From Octopus vulgaris (Eukaryota), in assembly GCA_951406725.2 (NCBI GenBank), contig OX597820.1, positions 102,052,001 to 102,116,000 on the forward strand: a stretch of DNA of 64,000 bases. Direction: 5' to 3'. The position numbers and the translations under genes were made by a program. Below are positions 50,447 through 63,212 of the stretch, in pieces. The notes below the pieces were generated by a model. That model was not told the origin of the DNA. It did no database searches and worked only from the letters and a program-made list of their open reading frames with translations. Numbering within the stretch: the stretch's first letter is position 1; the number at the start of each line of letters is the position of its first letter.

Positions 50447-53024
50447 TATGTTAATGTTTCTTCATTGACTCATGTAATGCAGTGTTATATCTTCCTCCTG
50501 CTCCTCCTTGACTCCTGTCCCACCTTGAGTCCTGCTCCTCTTTGCCTCCCCATCCTCCCTCTCTCCCCCACCATTATCATCTTAATTTTAACTTTTCCAC
50601 CTGTCCATGAGGGGTCAAATGGGATTCATTGAGCCAGTTTTTCTATGGCTGGATGTGCTTCCTGTTACTAACCCTCACAAGTATTTTCATATGATGACAT
50701 GCTCTCATGGAAAAATTGAAATCAAAGGACATCTCTTGTATGATGGTGATGTGAAGACAAAGACACACATACACACACATGTACATCCCCCACCACACAC
50801 ACACACATACAAATGTCTTTTATCATTTTCCATCCACCAAATTCAGTCATGAAGTTTGGTTGGTTTCATAACTCACCTTTTGCCATAGTTGACCTGTTGA
50901 CCTCGACAATAGTTGACCTTTCACCTTCTCTTCCAGCATTGCTGGCTTTGACAGTTAATGACCTCTTGACCTATTGCCTTCTCTTCCAGCATCTCAAAAG
51001 CTTTGAGGACTATCTTAAACAAACACCTTCTTCTTGAGCTAATTAGGGATCCTCTGGAGGAATTACAACCGTGTTTCGTGGTCTGCTACCACAACAGCTC
51101 CTTTATAGGATCCAGTTAGCTTAAGACATCATCAGGAGGAACCACGTCCAGTTTCGGCCCCTACTCCTCTACCGTTTTGACCTTTCGGAGTTGTCTTCAG
51201 CTCTGGTGTTGGGTGCATGTCTTCTTTCTTCTTTCTTCTGTTCCCTGGCCTCTTCGGTGTATCATCAGCAAGTGTCAGCCGGTGACTGACTGTCTTGTCA
51301 AAATTTTCCTTTAAATCTTTCCTCATTCAATCTACTGGAAAGTGAAAATTCTCCCTCAGACAATACTTTGTTAAATCTGCAATTCAAAGAGCCAGCCATG
51401 TCAGATTCTATGCCATGCCGAATCTCCCTGGGAACTACATTAAGGGTATAGATGCCTGTAGAGTGCTCAGCTACTTGAATGTTAATTTCATGAGCAGTCT
51501 GTTCCATTCATCAGATCAACTGTAACCCTTGTTATTGTGAGCGTCAAAGTGCCAGTTACTTTATATATACAGTAAGGATACATGGGGTGCTGCTGTTCTA
51601 GATACACTATGGCTGAAGCAAGAAAGATCAGAGAGATGGTCATGGTTGGAATTCCTGTGAGCATAGGTCATCTTAATCAGGATTATGTTGCAGTTAAACA
51701 TCATCATCATCATCATTATCATCTGCCATAATGTGCATGCATCTTTCTTCTCAGTGAATGCCAATAAATCTGATTCAATAGAAATGGGTTTTGTGAAGGA
51801 AGATCTTCTGGAAAATTGCTTTCCTCTTTCAGGCAAAGATAATTTATGTTTTTTACTCATCTTGATATACCTTGGTAAAAGCTTATTCTTGCTGATGGCA
51901 TCAAGAAACGTTTTGAGGATATCTTGAATAGCCCATACCAATGATGGTCTTGTATAGACTTCTCCTATTTCTCTTCAGTGGGATCTGAACCCAGTTTGCA
52001 GAAAGTAAATATTCCAACACATTCTATCTGATGCTTAAAGAACTCTGCCAACTGGAACCTAATGTGATTCATTTCTGGCTTTTAGTGTATATGAATGAAT
52101 GCAGATAACCAATTGCTTCTTTGAATTCTAGTGAGTATACCATGAGGATGGTGCTAACTGTATATATATATATTGGCATTAGGAAGGGTATCCAGCTGTA
52201 GAAACCATGCCAAATCAGATTGGAACCTGGTGCAGCTCTCCAGCTGGCCAGTTTCAGTGAAAGCATCTAACCCATGCCAGCATGGAAAGCAGATGCTAAA
52301 TGATGATGATGATGATGATATATACTTACACACACATGCATATGTACATACAAATGTATAAAGGCAGACGAAATGCCTTTAAGCATTTCATCTGCTTTTA
52401 TTGAGTTCTGAGTTCAAATTCTGCAGAGCTTGACTTTGCCTTTCAGCCTTTTGGGGTCGATGAAATAAGTACGAGGTGAAAAGTGAGGTCGACATAATCA
52501 ACTTAACCCTTGCTCCTGAAATTGCTGGCCTTGTACCAAAATTTTAAATCATCATCATCGTCACCATCGTCTTTGTCATCAACATCATCATCATCATCAA
52601 CATCATTTTCATCATCCTCATACATGAGGAAATATGGTCCAGTGGTTAGGGTGTTGCTCTCATGATCGTGAGATCATGGTCTCAGTTCCTAGACTGAGTG
52701 GTGCATTGTGTTCTTGAGCAAAACACTTCCTCTTACATTGCTCTATGATCACTTTGACACCTGACGTGTGGTACACCATGTACCTGTTCAGGCAACGTTG
52801 ATTTGATGGAGAGAGTAAATTTAATGTACAGCACATACATTTAATCATTATAAACAAATCATTTGTGCAGGTTCAGCTAAAGCTGAGCACTCATATGTTG
52901 TCTTCGGTGGGAGAGTCCATTTTTACTATTATAACTCCTTCATGGTATATTATCAGCGGGGATGATGCTTTAAGGTTTGGTGACAAGTTTCCTCAAATCT
53001 GAAGAAATTTTCTTAAAAAAATAT

Positions 53025-53062
53025 TATTATCATCATCATCATCATCATTATTATTATTATCA

Positions 53063-53124
<62 letters not shown>
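53025..53124. repeat. (ATC)/(ATT)n microsatellite
   Basis: Directly visible. Confidence 0.95.
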
Positions 53125-53681
53125 TCTTTTAGGCAAATTAAAAGAATATTTAATTTTTTTGATGTATCATATACCAACTAAATCTTCTGAAAACAAAATA
53201 ATGACTCCCTTTTGTCACACATTTTCAAATAAAACAGAGTAGAGTTGGAGCCACTTTGATTAACTATAAAACAGTTGGCCTTAGAAAAATGGATGGATTT
53301 ATCCTGTTAGACACCACTGAGAAAAGAAATAGGATAAAGGTATTTATAAGAAAATCATATGAAAAAGCTTCTCAATTAGAAGTGGATATGTGATTTTGAA
53401 CTTCTTTCATATTGCCTTAAGCTGTGCATTAATTTAAATACAGTGAGTTATCCTACCGAGAGCGTTTATTGATCCTTTTAAAGACTAACGAAACTCACTT
53501 TTTATGTTAAAAAAGCATCTTCATTCTTCCTCTCAATTTTTTTGCCAGAATAATTTTTAAATGTTTTTTTTGCCCTCAGTAGTATTTTTGTTTTTACAGT
53601 TGTATTGGAATAATGGCAAATTGCTTTTGTTTTTTTTGTAAGTCATGAAATACGTAGTAAATAAATTATTGGAAAGCACAA

Positions 53682-53720
<39 letters not shown>

Positions 53721-53727
53721 TGAACGA

Positions 53728-54070
53728 GATATTTCACTTGGGTTTTTCACTATTAAGATTTGCAAAAAAGTTGTAAATATTGACCTTGTTTGCTATGAGC
53801 ATTTACGGTATAGTTGAAGAGTTTTTCAAATTTGATATTTGTATTTCTATTTAAACATCCATTTCATCAGGTCCCTTTTTATATTAGTTAGAAGTGTTTG
53901 ACTTCACAACATCACCTGATAACTGATACTTGTTTTGCATGGTTCTTGTTTGGGAAAATTGGCTACTTTGTCAGCTTGTTCTCTTGTTTTCTAACTGATT
54001 TATGTTAATGATCAGTGGATATCCAACACTTCACATTCGTTGAAGTTGACTTAATGTTTTCTGATACACG
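53728..54070 (+). repeat. ~345-bp repeat, inverted copy at 56650-57001
   Basis: GATATTTCACTTGGGTTTTTCACTATT..GTTGAAGTTGACTTAA colinear with the reverse complement of 56650-57001. Confidence 0.85.
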
Positions 54071-54390
54071 TAATATGCACATATATCATCTCGTCATGCA
54101 CTTAAGTCTACAGAGCATTGAAGTCAACCTAAACTAAATACTTTAATGAAAAGGCACATTGCAGTTTATTAGTGTTATTTTTTTTAATGTAATCAATTTA
54201 GTTGCTTTCCATTGCATGTTTATTACAGCAATCTCATCTTTGATGATTTGTGGTATCCAAATGATGCAACAATGCCTGAGATGTAGTTTTATTGTAGTTT
54301 TAACCATTAAAAGATGACTAGTTCAATCAACCAGGTTGCCATCTAGCATCAGAAACAAAGTAAGAAGAAAGGATAAATTGTTTCACATAT

Positions 54391-55182
54391 ATCATCATCA
54401 TCATCATCATCATCGTTTAACGTCTGTTCTCCATGCTGGCATGGGTTGGACGGTTTGACCGGGGATCTGGGAAGCCAGAAGGCTGCACCAGGCTCCAATC
54501 TTATCTGGCAATGTTTCTACAGCTGGATGCCCTTCCTAACGCCAACCACTCCGTGAGTGTAGTGGGTGCTTTTTACGTGCCACCTGCACAGGTGCCAGGC
54601 GAGGCTGGCAACGGCCACGGTCGGATTGGTGTATTTTATGTGCCACCGGCACGGAAGCCAGTCGAGGCGGCGCTGGCATCGGCCATGAGTCGGATAGTGC
54701 TTTTTACGTACCACCAGACCAGGGATCCTGGCTGGTTCAATTCGATTTCGATTTCGCTTGCCCCAACATGTCTTCGCAAGCAAAGGGGGTTGGCATAGGT
54801 GCCTGTCGTACGGTCGGATTGGTGTATTTTACGTGTCACCGGCACGGAAGCCAGTGGAGGCGGTGCTGGCATCGGCCACGAGTCGGATAGTGCTTTTTAC
54901 GTACCACCAGACCAGGGATCCTGGCTGGTTCAATTCGATTTCGATTTCGCTTTCGCTTGCCCCAACATGTCTTCGCAAGCAAAGGGGGTTGGCATGGGTG
55001 CCTGTCGTCGGATGAGGTTCTATATCGACTTCGCTTGCCTCAACAGGTCTTTGTGTCCAAGGGAGGAAAGGCATTCATAAGTGGGCTGGGCTCACTTGTC
55101 CTGCCTGGTCTTCTCACGTACAGCATATTTCCAAAGGTCTCGGTCGCTGGTCATTTCCTCAGTGAGGCCTAAAGTTCGAAGG
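54391..55182 (-). mobile_element. 5'-truncated RTE LINE with ~190-bp internal tandem duplication
   Basis: C-terminal codons at about 55095-55182, 3' UTR with duplicated block, (CAT)n. Confidence 0.88.
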
Positions 55183-55299
55183 TATATATATATATGTAAA
55201 ACTTTTGCACATGTGACCTTAGTTTATTTGGTCTTTCATTTGCCTCTAAGGCTTTATATTTTAGCTTCTCTTCTTTTGGAATTTATTATTTCGTGGCAA

Positions 55300-55607
55300 T
55301 TTGCTGTACTTGAGAAGACTTGTCAAAGTGAAATTGTAGTCATGGACAGTACCAGTAACACATAAAAGGCACCCATGCCAGCAACATGTATAAGGTACCA
55401 GTGCGTGTGACACATAAAGGCATCTGTGTTGGTGACACAAAAAAGGCACTCACTACACTCCTAGAGTGGTTGGCATTAGGAAGGGCATCAAGCCATAGAA
55501 ACTAGGCCAAAACAGACTGGGGCCTAGTACAGCTCTCCAGTTTACCAGATTCAGTCAAATCGTTTAACTCACGCCAGTATAGAAAACGGAGGCTAAATGA
55601 TGATGAT
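55300..55607 (+). mobile_element. Older RTE 3' tail
   Basis: GGCATTAGGAAGGGCATC..(GAT)n. Confidence 0.75.
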
Positions 55608-55611
55608 ATAT

Positions 55612-55811
55612 ATCATCATCATCATCATCGTCGTCATTTAGCGTCCGTTTTCCATGCTAGCATGGGTTGGACGGTTCTACTGGGGTCTGTGAAGCCAGAA
55701 GGCTTCATCAGGCCCAGTCAAATCTGGCAGTGTTTCTACGGCTGGATGCCCTTCCCAATGCCAAACACTCCGAGAGTGTAGTGGGTGCCTTTTACGTGCC
55801 ACCCGCACAGG
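55612..55811 (-). mobile_element. RTE 3' tail (tail-to-tail with previous copy)
   Basis: (CAT)n followed by reverse complement of the RTE 3' UTR. Confidence 0.85.
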
Positions 55812-55829
55812 TATATATATATATATACT

Positions 55830-56060
55830 TTAAATGGCCATGAATTAGATAAGCTAAGGAAGGATCTAATTGCTTTCTTCCAAAGGATGGGCTTACAGAT
55901 TACAGTAGATACTAACCTTAAAAGTGTAGATTTCTTAGATATAAATTTAGATTTACAGTCAGATAAATTCAAACCTTACTATAAGCCTAATGATAAGCTA
56001 TATTATATTAGCAAAGAATCCAATCATCCACCAGGTATTCTTAGAAACTTAGTAATATAG
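55830..56060 (+). pseudogene. Penelope-like reverse transcriptase fragment (late motifs/thumb)
   Basis: FFQRMGLQITVDTNLKSVDFLDINLDL..PYYKPN..YISKESNHPP fits the PLE FLD..YxKP..Y....SxHP signature. Confidence 0.8.
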
Positions 56061-56207
56061 GTAGACGAATGGCGTCAATTTAGTCGGAAAGTAAGCTTTT
56101 TACTATACAGTAACCTAGTACAAAAGTGTTTTTCTATAATTTCTCAATGAACAGCATTGTGTTTAACATCTGATTAATTTTCTTTTTCTTTCTTTCTTTC
56201 ATTTTGA

Positions 56208-56308
56208 ATTAAAATTATAAATTAGGGTATCTACGAGATACCACCATACTGAAAATGCCATTTTCAGCATGGTGGTATCTCGTAAATACCCTAATTTATA
56301 ATTTTAAT
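56208..56308. repeat. Near-perfect hairpin, 50-bp arms with 1-nt centre
   Basis: 48 of 50 positions complementary by manual check. Confidence 0.92.
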
Positions 56309-56389
56309 AATTATTACCTTTGAAAGTTATTTTTTCCATGCTGACCACTTGATAAAATCGTTATTTTATTTTTAAATTAACGATCTTAT

Positions 56390-56427
<38 letters not shown>

Positions 56428-56649
56428 CTGAAGGATTAAAATTAATCAAAGGACATACTAAGTATGTCTACCTGCTAGAAATAACAGTTGAATCTCTTAT
56501 TTAAATCGCCAAAATACTCTGATAATAACTACAGAAATCAACCATCCAAAGGCAAACGGGCTAAGACAATATCTCAGCATACATTAAAGTATTTGGACTC
56601 AAGTGGACCGGTTTCTGGACTGGCATTATTGTCTCACCTTCCTCAGAAC

Positions 56650-57001
56650 ATGTATGAGAAAACCTTAAGTCAACTTCAACAAATGTGAAGTGTTGGGTAT
56701 CTGATCATCAACACGACGTCGTTAACTTAAATCAGTTAGGAAACAAGAGAACAAGCTGACAAAATAGCCAATTTTCCCAAACAAGAACCATGTGCAAACA
56801 GGTATCAGTTATCTGATGACGTGAAGTCAAACACTTCACATTAATATAAAAAGTGATCTGATGAAATGAATGTTTAAATAGAAATACAAGTATTAAATTT
56901 GAAAAACTCTTCAAATATACTGTAAATGCTCATAGCAAACAAGGTCAATATTTGTAACTTGTTTTGCATCTCTCAATAGTGAAAAACCCAAGTGAAATAT
57001 C
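56650..57001 (-). repeat. Inverted copy of 53728-54070
   Basis: See partner copy. Confidence 0.85.
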
Positions 57002-57414
57002 ATACAAAAACACACACAACTGGCTTTTTCCAGTTTCCATCTACTCACTAGCCTTTGGTTAGCCTGAGGCTATAGTAGAAGACATCTGCCCAAGGTGTCA
57101 TCTAGTGTGACGGAACCCAGGACCATGTAGTTAGGAAGCAAGTTTCTTACCACACAGCCATGCCTGCATCATATATACTAGTTTAAAATAAACCTTTTAG
57201 TTACTATATATAAATTATATGATGGCTACAAGAATTAAATAAAGTGCAAAGTATATGGTTCAATTTTATGGTATAATAGTAGCTTTAAACAGTAATGTGT
57301 ATCAGTCAATGACAAATATAAGTGTTAAATGCTTTAATCCAACTTAGTGACTGTGAAGAGGGATTTTATGAAAGAACTGTCCCATTGATTCAGCTCTACA
57401 GCTCTTTTTTTTTT

Positions 57415-57610
57415 TTTCTTTGTTTCAGTCTTTTGACTGGAGCACCGACTTTAGTTGAACAAATCGACACTAGGATTTATTCTTTGTAAGCCTTGTACTT
57501 ATTCTATCGGTCTCTTTTGCCAAACCGCAAAGTTACAGTGATGCAAATAGACCAACATCGGTTGTCAAGCAATGGAGGGGGGACAAACAAACACACAAAA
57601 ATATACATGC

Positions 57611-57667
<57 letters not shown>

Positions 57668-57822
57668 CAACGGGCTTCTTTCAGTCTCTGTCTGTCAGAT
57701 CCACTCACAAGGCTTTAGTTGGCTCGAGGCCATTGTAGAAGACACTTGCCCAAGGTGCTACAAAGTGGGACTGAACCCAGAACCATGTGGTTGGTAAGCA
57801 AGCTACTTACCACACGGCCACT
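57415..57822 (-). mobile_element. SINE family A
   Basis: Family A consensus on minus strand. Confidence 0.8.
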
Positions 57823-58221
57823 CAGAACTTTATTGACAAATTTCAGACAGATTGCTGGAACAAAATATCAGTTGCTGACTAGCTTAAATGATACACTTGT
57901 TTTCCTCTGATTGGATTTTTATCTACTTTATTGGATTGAGTTTATAGAAAATATTAAATGTTTAAAAAAAAATGTAGTTTAATAGACAGTATAATTGCTT
58001 ATGGCTTATAATGTCAGATTGATTGATAAGCTGTATATACTTCTAACCTACAAAGAAAAAAAGAATCAACTGTGTGGTTGGGAAATTTGCTTTGAAACCA
58101 AATAACTTATGGTTCATTCCCATTGAACAGCACCCTGGGACAGTGTCTTTGACTTTGTCCCTCAGCTGCAATGCTTTGTTAGTGAATGGTATTGTTGAAA
58201 ACTGTATGGAAGCCCGTTGTG

Positions 58222-58254
<33 letters not shown>

Positions 58255-59567
58255 TGTGTGTGTGATGTCCTATAACTGTCTGTCTCTACTTTTTTAGGGT
58301 CATCCCTGTTGCTGTCACATATTGTGAAATTTTAAAATTAGGTCAAAATTTTCAAACTTGGCATATTGAAATAATTTTCCATGTTAAATCTGATTTTGTT
58401 ATTTATTTAATTGTTCCAGAAAAATTGCAGAAAAACGTTACTGAGGTTTAAAGTTTAATCAATTTTACCTAATCAGAAAACAGGATTTGTAAGCTGGCAT
58501 TTTCTGCATAACTCTCTATCACAAAATGAAAGCAAAATCATTAAGGAGGAATTTTTATTAAACAAGCAAAAGTAAAGTATTACGATGATCAAAGTTGTAA
58601 GAACTTCTGAAGTTTTAATAAGTTTTAATGAATAGAATCATGTGAAATGGTTGAATAGACATGTAAATAATTTAGAAAGGAAAAATACCCTGCATGAAGT
58701 TTCTTGTGAAAAACTGCACAAATCTGACCTGATCAAGAGGTCTATCTGTTGGGGAAGGCATGGTCTGACATGGAATAAACAAAAATTTATATAAGATACT
58801 CTATTGTAAAAATTGCCTGACAATGACGGGCTATTCAGCTAGTATATATGTATATATATGTGTGTATGTAAACGTATACATATGTGTGTGTGTCTCTATG
58901 TATTTGCCCCCTTGCACTACTTGACAACTGGTATTGGTTTGTTTATGCCCCTGTAACTTGACAATTTTGCAAAAGAGTCTGATAGAATAAGTACAAAGTT
59001 TAGGGGGAAAAAATATACATAATATACATAAGAGCTGGGGTCAATTTTTTAAACAAAATCCTTCAAAGCAGTGCCCCGGCATGGCTTTGGTCCAATGACT
59101 GAAGCAAGTAAAAAATAGGAGATAAAAAGTAAAATATTTATTTATTGTTGCAATCATGTTGCAAAAAGCTATTTCATTGTATACAATGTTAGATGCATTT
59201 ATTCCAAGTGACTAAACGTATGTTAAGAATTCTTGCTTAAAATACAACGATGCCAAGAAAGCCACTCATGTCAGTGCAACTATAATTGTTAGTGAAACTC
59301 AATTCAGAGAAGAATATAAATACCCTGAAGATATTGGTACACATTCAGCAAATGTTACAGAGATAATTGATAAGGTCTATTTAGATAATGGAACAAGTTA
59401 GTTTTGTGCATAAGTACATTCTCAGATTAGATCAGTTGTAAGTTCTTCAGTATAGTGTTGTATGAAGCTATTAATGTATGTGTATATATATATATATATA
59501 TATATAAAGAGGGAGAGAGAGAGAGAGAGAGATAAATAGAGAGATAGATAAATAGATAGATAGATAG

Positions 59568-59605
<38 letters not shown>

Positions 59606-59746
59606 TCACACACATACACACATATACATATATATACATATATATATACACATGTGCTACAATATCAAGCAAAACATTCAAAATTTTAGCAATATCCAAT
59701 ATATATATATTTATATGCATGTAAGTAGGTGAGTGAGAATATATAT

Positions 59747-60119
59747 ATTCTTTATTCTTTTACTTGTTTCAGTCATTTGACTATGGCCATGCTGGAGCAC
59801 TACCTTGAAGGATTTTAGTCGAGCAAATTGATCCTAGGACTTATTTTCTAAGCCTAGTACTTATTCTATCAGTCTCTTTTGCTGAGCCACTAAGTTGTGG
59901 GGATGTAAACATACCAACATCGGTTGTCAAGTGTTGATGGGTGGGGGGAAGCACAGACAAAATCACACACACTTAGATATATACAGTTTCCATCTACTAC
60001 ATCCATTCATGAGGCTTTGGCTGGCTTGATGCTATAGTAGAAGACACTTGTCCAGAGCGTAATGCAGTGGGACTGAACCTGGGACCATGTGGTGGGGAAG
60101 CAAGCTTCTTACCACACAG

Positions 60120-60122
<3 letters not shown>
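59747..60122 (-). mobile_element. SINE family A
   Basis: Family A consensus on minus strand. Confidence 0.8.
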
Positions 60123-60166
<44 letters not shown>

Positions 60167-61688
60167 TGTATAAAGGTCGAATGTGGATTCGTCCTTTAAT
60201 TGGAGGTTTCCAAAAAAGATTTCTAATGTTGATTCTTTGTAACTTGCTGGGAGTTTACAGGTGTAAATTTGTGAGGATATGAAAATAGTACTTGTATATA
60301 ATGTATGACGAATTTATGGAATGAAGTTCCATAAATCCCATCAATTTTGTTAAGAATGGAGGAAACAAGTTGTTAAAATTTATAAGGAGTCTAATTCTTG
60401 CAGGCGATCATTTTGTACAGAGGTATAATAATATAAATTCATGATTGAATTAAATTAAATATATATCAACATACACTTCAATGTAGGAAGGAAAGAAACC
60501 ATAATACAAAGAACTTAAAAAGGAATAGAGCAGAAAAAATTGGATCTAAGAGAGTCATATTGGTATCCATCTGAGAAAGAGATGGGAGTCATGTCGGATA
60601 TTGAACCATAACTAATGGTTTCAATAGTTATTTGAAGATATAAGCAAAGTGGTATTGGAGATGTTCCCTCTATAGATGGGTATGGAAATTAGAATTATAG
60701 CTCCATATATGTAGCATAGGGCAAGTAAGTAATAGAAATATCCAATGAGGAGACAATATCAAATTTAAATTAAAATTAAAACTAACTGTTGAAATTAGTA
60801 TGTTGTATAATATATTTAAAAAAGAAAAAAAATCTATACAGAAGAATGAAGTTTAGCATGAAGAAGTGGTATATGAGAAGCTGGGTAGTTAACGTAAACA
60901 AATAGCAAAAAATAGAGGAATGAGAATGAGTTAAAGAGAGAAGATGATGTATATATAGGATATATCATGAGATGTTACATGCCAACCTCTCAGTTTCATT
61001 TCATTGAGTCTGCTGAAGTGAACTGATAGGTTGGTATGTAACATCTCAAGATATATCTTTTTCTGTAATGAAATTTATACTCATGTCACATAAATGCAAA
61101 TTTAATGCACAAATTTGTAATGAGATTATTGAGTATTACTTGAAACGGCTGTAAGAAGTAAAGATGATCAATTTGTTAATAATATATAACTATTAACTTG
61201 CTTTTCTCCATTTCCTTTTCTTCATTTAACTGGATATAAACTATATAATGTATACCTATTGTTGTTAGGGAATTTCAATTCCCAATAATACTAGGTATTG
61301 AACTAGTATTTCCTTGGATGTTACCATTCCTTTACAAAGTTAACTTATCCTCTAATTAAATTTATATAGGATGGAATTTGTAAATATTTAATACATCACT
61401 ATGCACGTTTCAAATCACATGATTTTGACATCAGAGTTGGTATCCCTGGGATTAGCACAAAACAATGCAATCATTTCGTCAGGGAAAAAAGAGAAACAAA
61501 ACAGTAAGCCATTATAACTCAATGTCATTTAGTTAAATGTGTTACAACATTTTATTCCCTTCAGAATAATATCAATGTTTTCTTCAAAACATATGTTAGA
61601 AGTATAAAGATTTGAATAACACCTGCATTTAACTCCATTCTTAATTCATATATGTATGTGTGTGTGTGTATAAAATATATGATATATA

Positions 61689-61740
<52 letters not shown>

Positions 61741-62456
61741 ATGTATATATGTGTGAGTATGTATGTATATATGTATCCAATCTATATATGTATGTATGTG
61801 CATATGTATGTGAACGTCTGTGTGTCTGTGTGTCTGTGTGCATGTGTGCATGCATGCATTACTTTCTCAAACAGATCCGTGTTCTCCTCTATCTATTAGA
61901 TCATGAAAAGAAAATGGAAGAGTTTTCACATCCTGGAAAGTCTTGTTTAACTAATTTAATTTTAATCCTGCTATGCATGACTTTGTTTAATTCAACTTCT
62001 TAACATAAAAGCATTGCTTTTATCCGAAAATATTACAAATCTTCCATTTATATCCCACAATTCCAACTTCTTTTATTTTATTTAATTTGTTTTTGAAATA
62101 TTATTTTAAAGAAAGAAAACAAAAAATTTAAGTAAAATAGATTTTATACCAAAATATTTATCATATTCCAATGAAAGTTATCAAATTATATGTAGTATAC
62201 TTGAAATTGTATTTTTACATGTTTTATAGGCTGGTGATTTTAATATTTAAAATTGTTTAAAATTAATATTCAATCTTTAAATTTTAGGAAAAAATGTCTA
62301 ATGTATTGCCTGACTTGCTATTTATTGAATAGCATAAAAAGTAAGAAAAAAGAAAACTAATTGAAAATAGATCAATATATTACATACTTTTTTAAAAAGT
62401 ATAAATTCAAAATTCTTTATAAAAGTATAAATCCAATTTAATATTATGTTTCTCAG

Positions 62457-62640
62457 GTAGAAAACAAGTATTGAGGAGTGCTGCAGAAAATCAGCCATGA
62501 GTGGAGTGAAATATGTTGTTGCAATTGGTATCATCAGCATTGGATTTGGAACCGATGTGCATCACTGCACTAATTTGATTTCATACATGTTCATCACTTT
62601 TATGTCTTGGCAACTGAGTAGAATTTACTTTGCTGATGAG
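62457..62640 (+). other. Candidate exon containing a start codon (62497)
   Basis: Acceptor TTATGTTTCTCAG|, GCCATG context, open frame MSGVKYVVAIGIISIGFGTDVHHC.., weak donor GAG|GTTAAA; less AT-rich than flanks. Confidence 0.3.
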
Positions 62641-62984
62641 GTTAAATAAGTTTGAAACATGTTAGTTGTTTTGACCAGCTGGAGTTAAAGACAAGATCCA
62701 CTCTGATCTACACTGTCTTATTTTCCCAAATTTTTAGAAAATATTATGGAGGTTATCCCCCTTGCTTATTGTTTTAGGAAGTTTTTGTCTACAAATTACA
62801 TGGGTAATATCAGTTAAAGGAAGCTTTTCAACTCATTGTATTACATGTGTGAGACCCTACCATATGTGTTTTTAGCATGTAGATCACTTCCTTGAGTTAT
62901 TTTCTCTCAATTCTATTACTGTTGATGTTGTGTAATAACAGAGTAGATGGAGTGGAGCAAATCCTACTCACATTACCATCTTAA

Positions 62985-63212
62985 TCCTTTAGCATTAAAA
63001 AAACAGCCATATCTGGCCTAAATATATCTGGCCTACCTCTTTTGTGTTCAAACTGTCAGAATCTGACCTTTTAAATCTACCATACAATGTCATTCCAAAA
63101 ATATACAATCACATCATTGAAATCTCAAAGCTATGAGATAATTCATAATTAATTCAAAACAATGTGAATAAATAAGCATTACATTTGACAGAATAACATG
63201 AATGCTAAAGTG
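62985..63212. mobile_element. piggyBac-like MITE (uninterrupted)
   Basis: TTAA|TCCTTTAGCATT ... AATGCTAAAGTG|TTAA. Confidence 0.75.

Noticed and set aside
51132-51326. Basic 64-aa minus-strand ORF
   Set aside because: No recognisable domain or splice context
58295-58835. MITE between two SINE halves
   Set aside because: Terminal similarity too weak and no TSD
60311-60336. ATTTATGGAA/TTCCATAAAT hairpin
   Set aside because: Short AT-rich stem, plausible by chance
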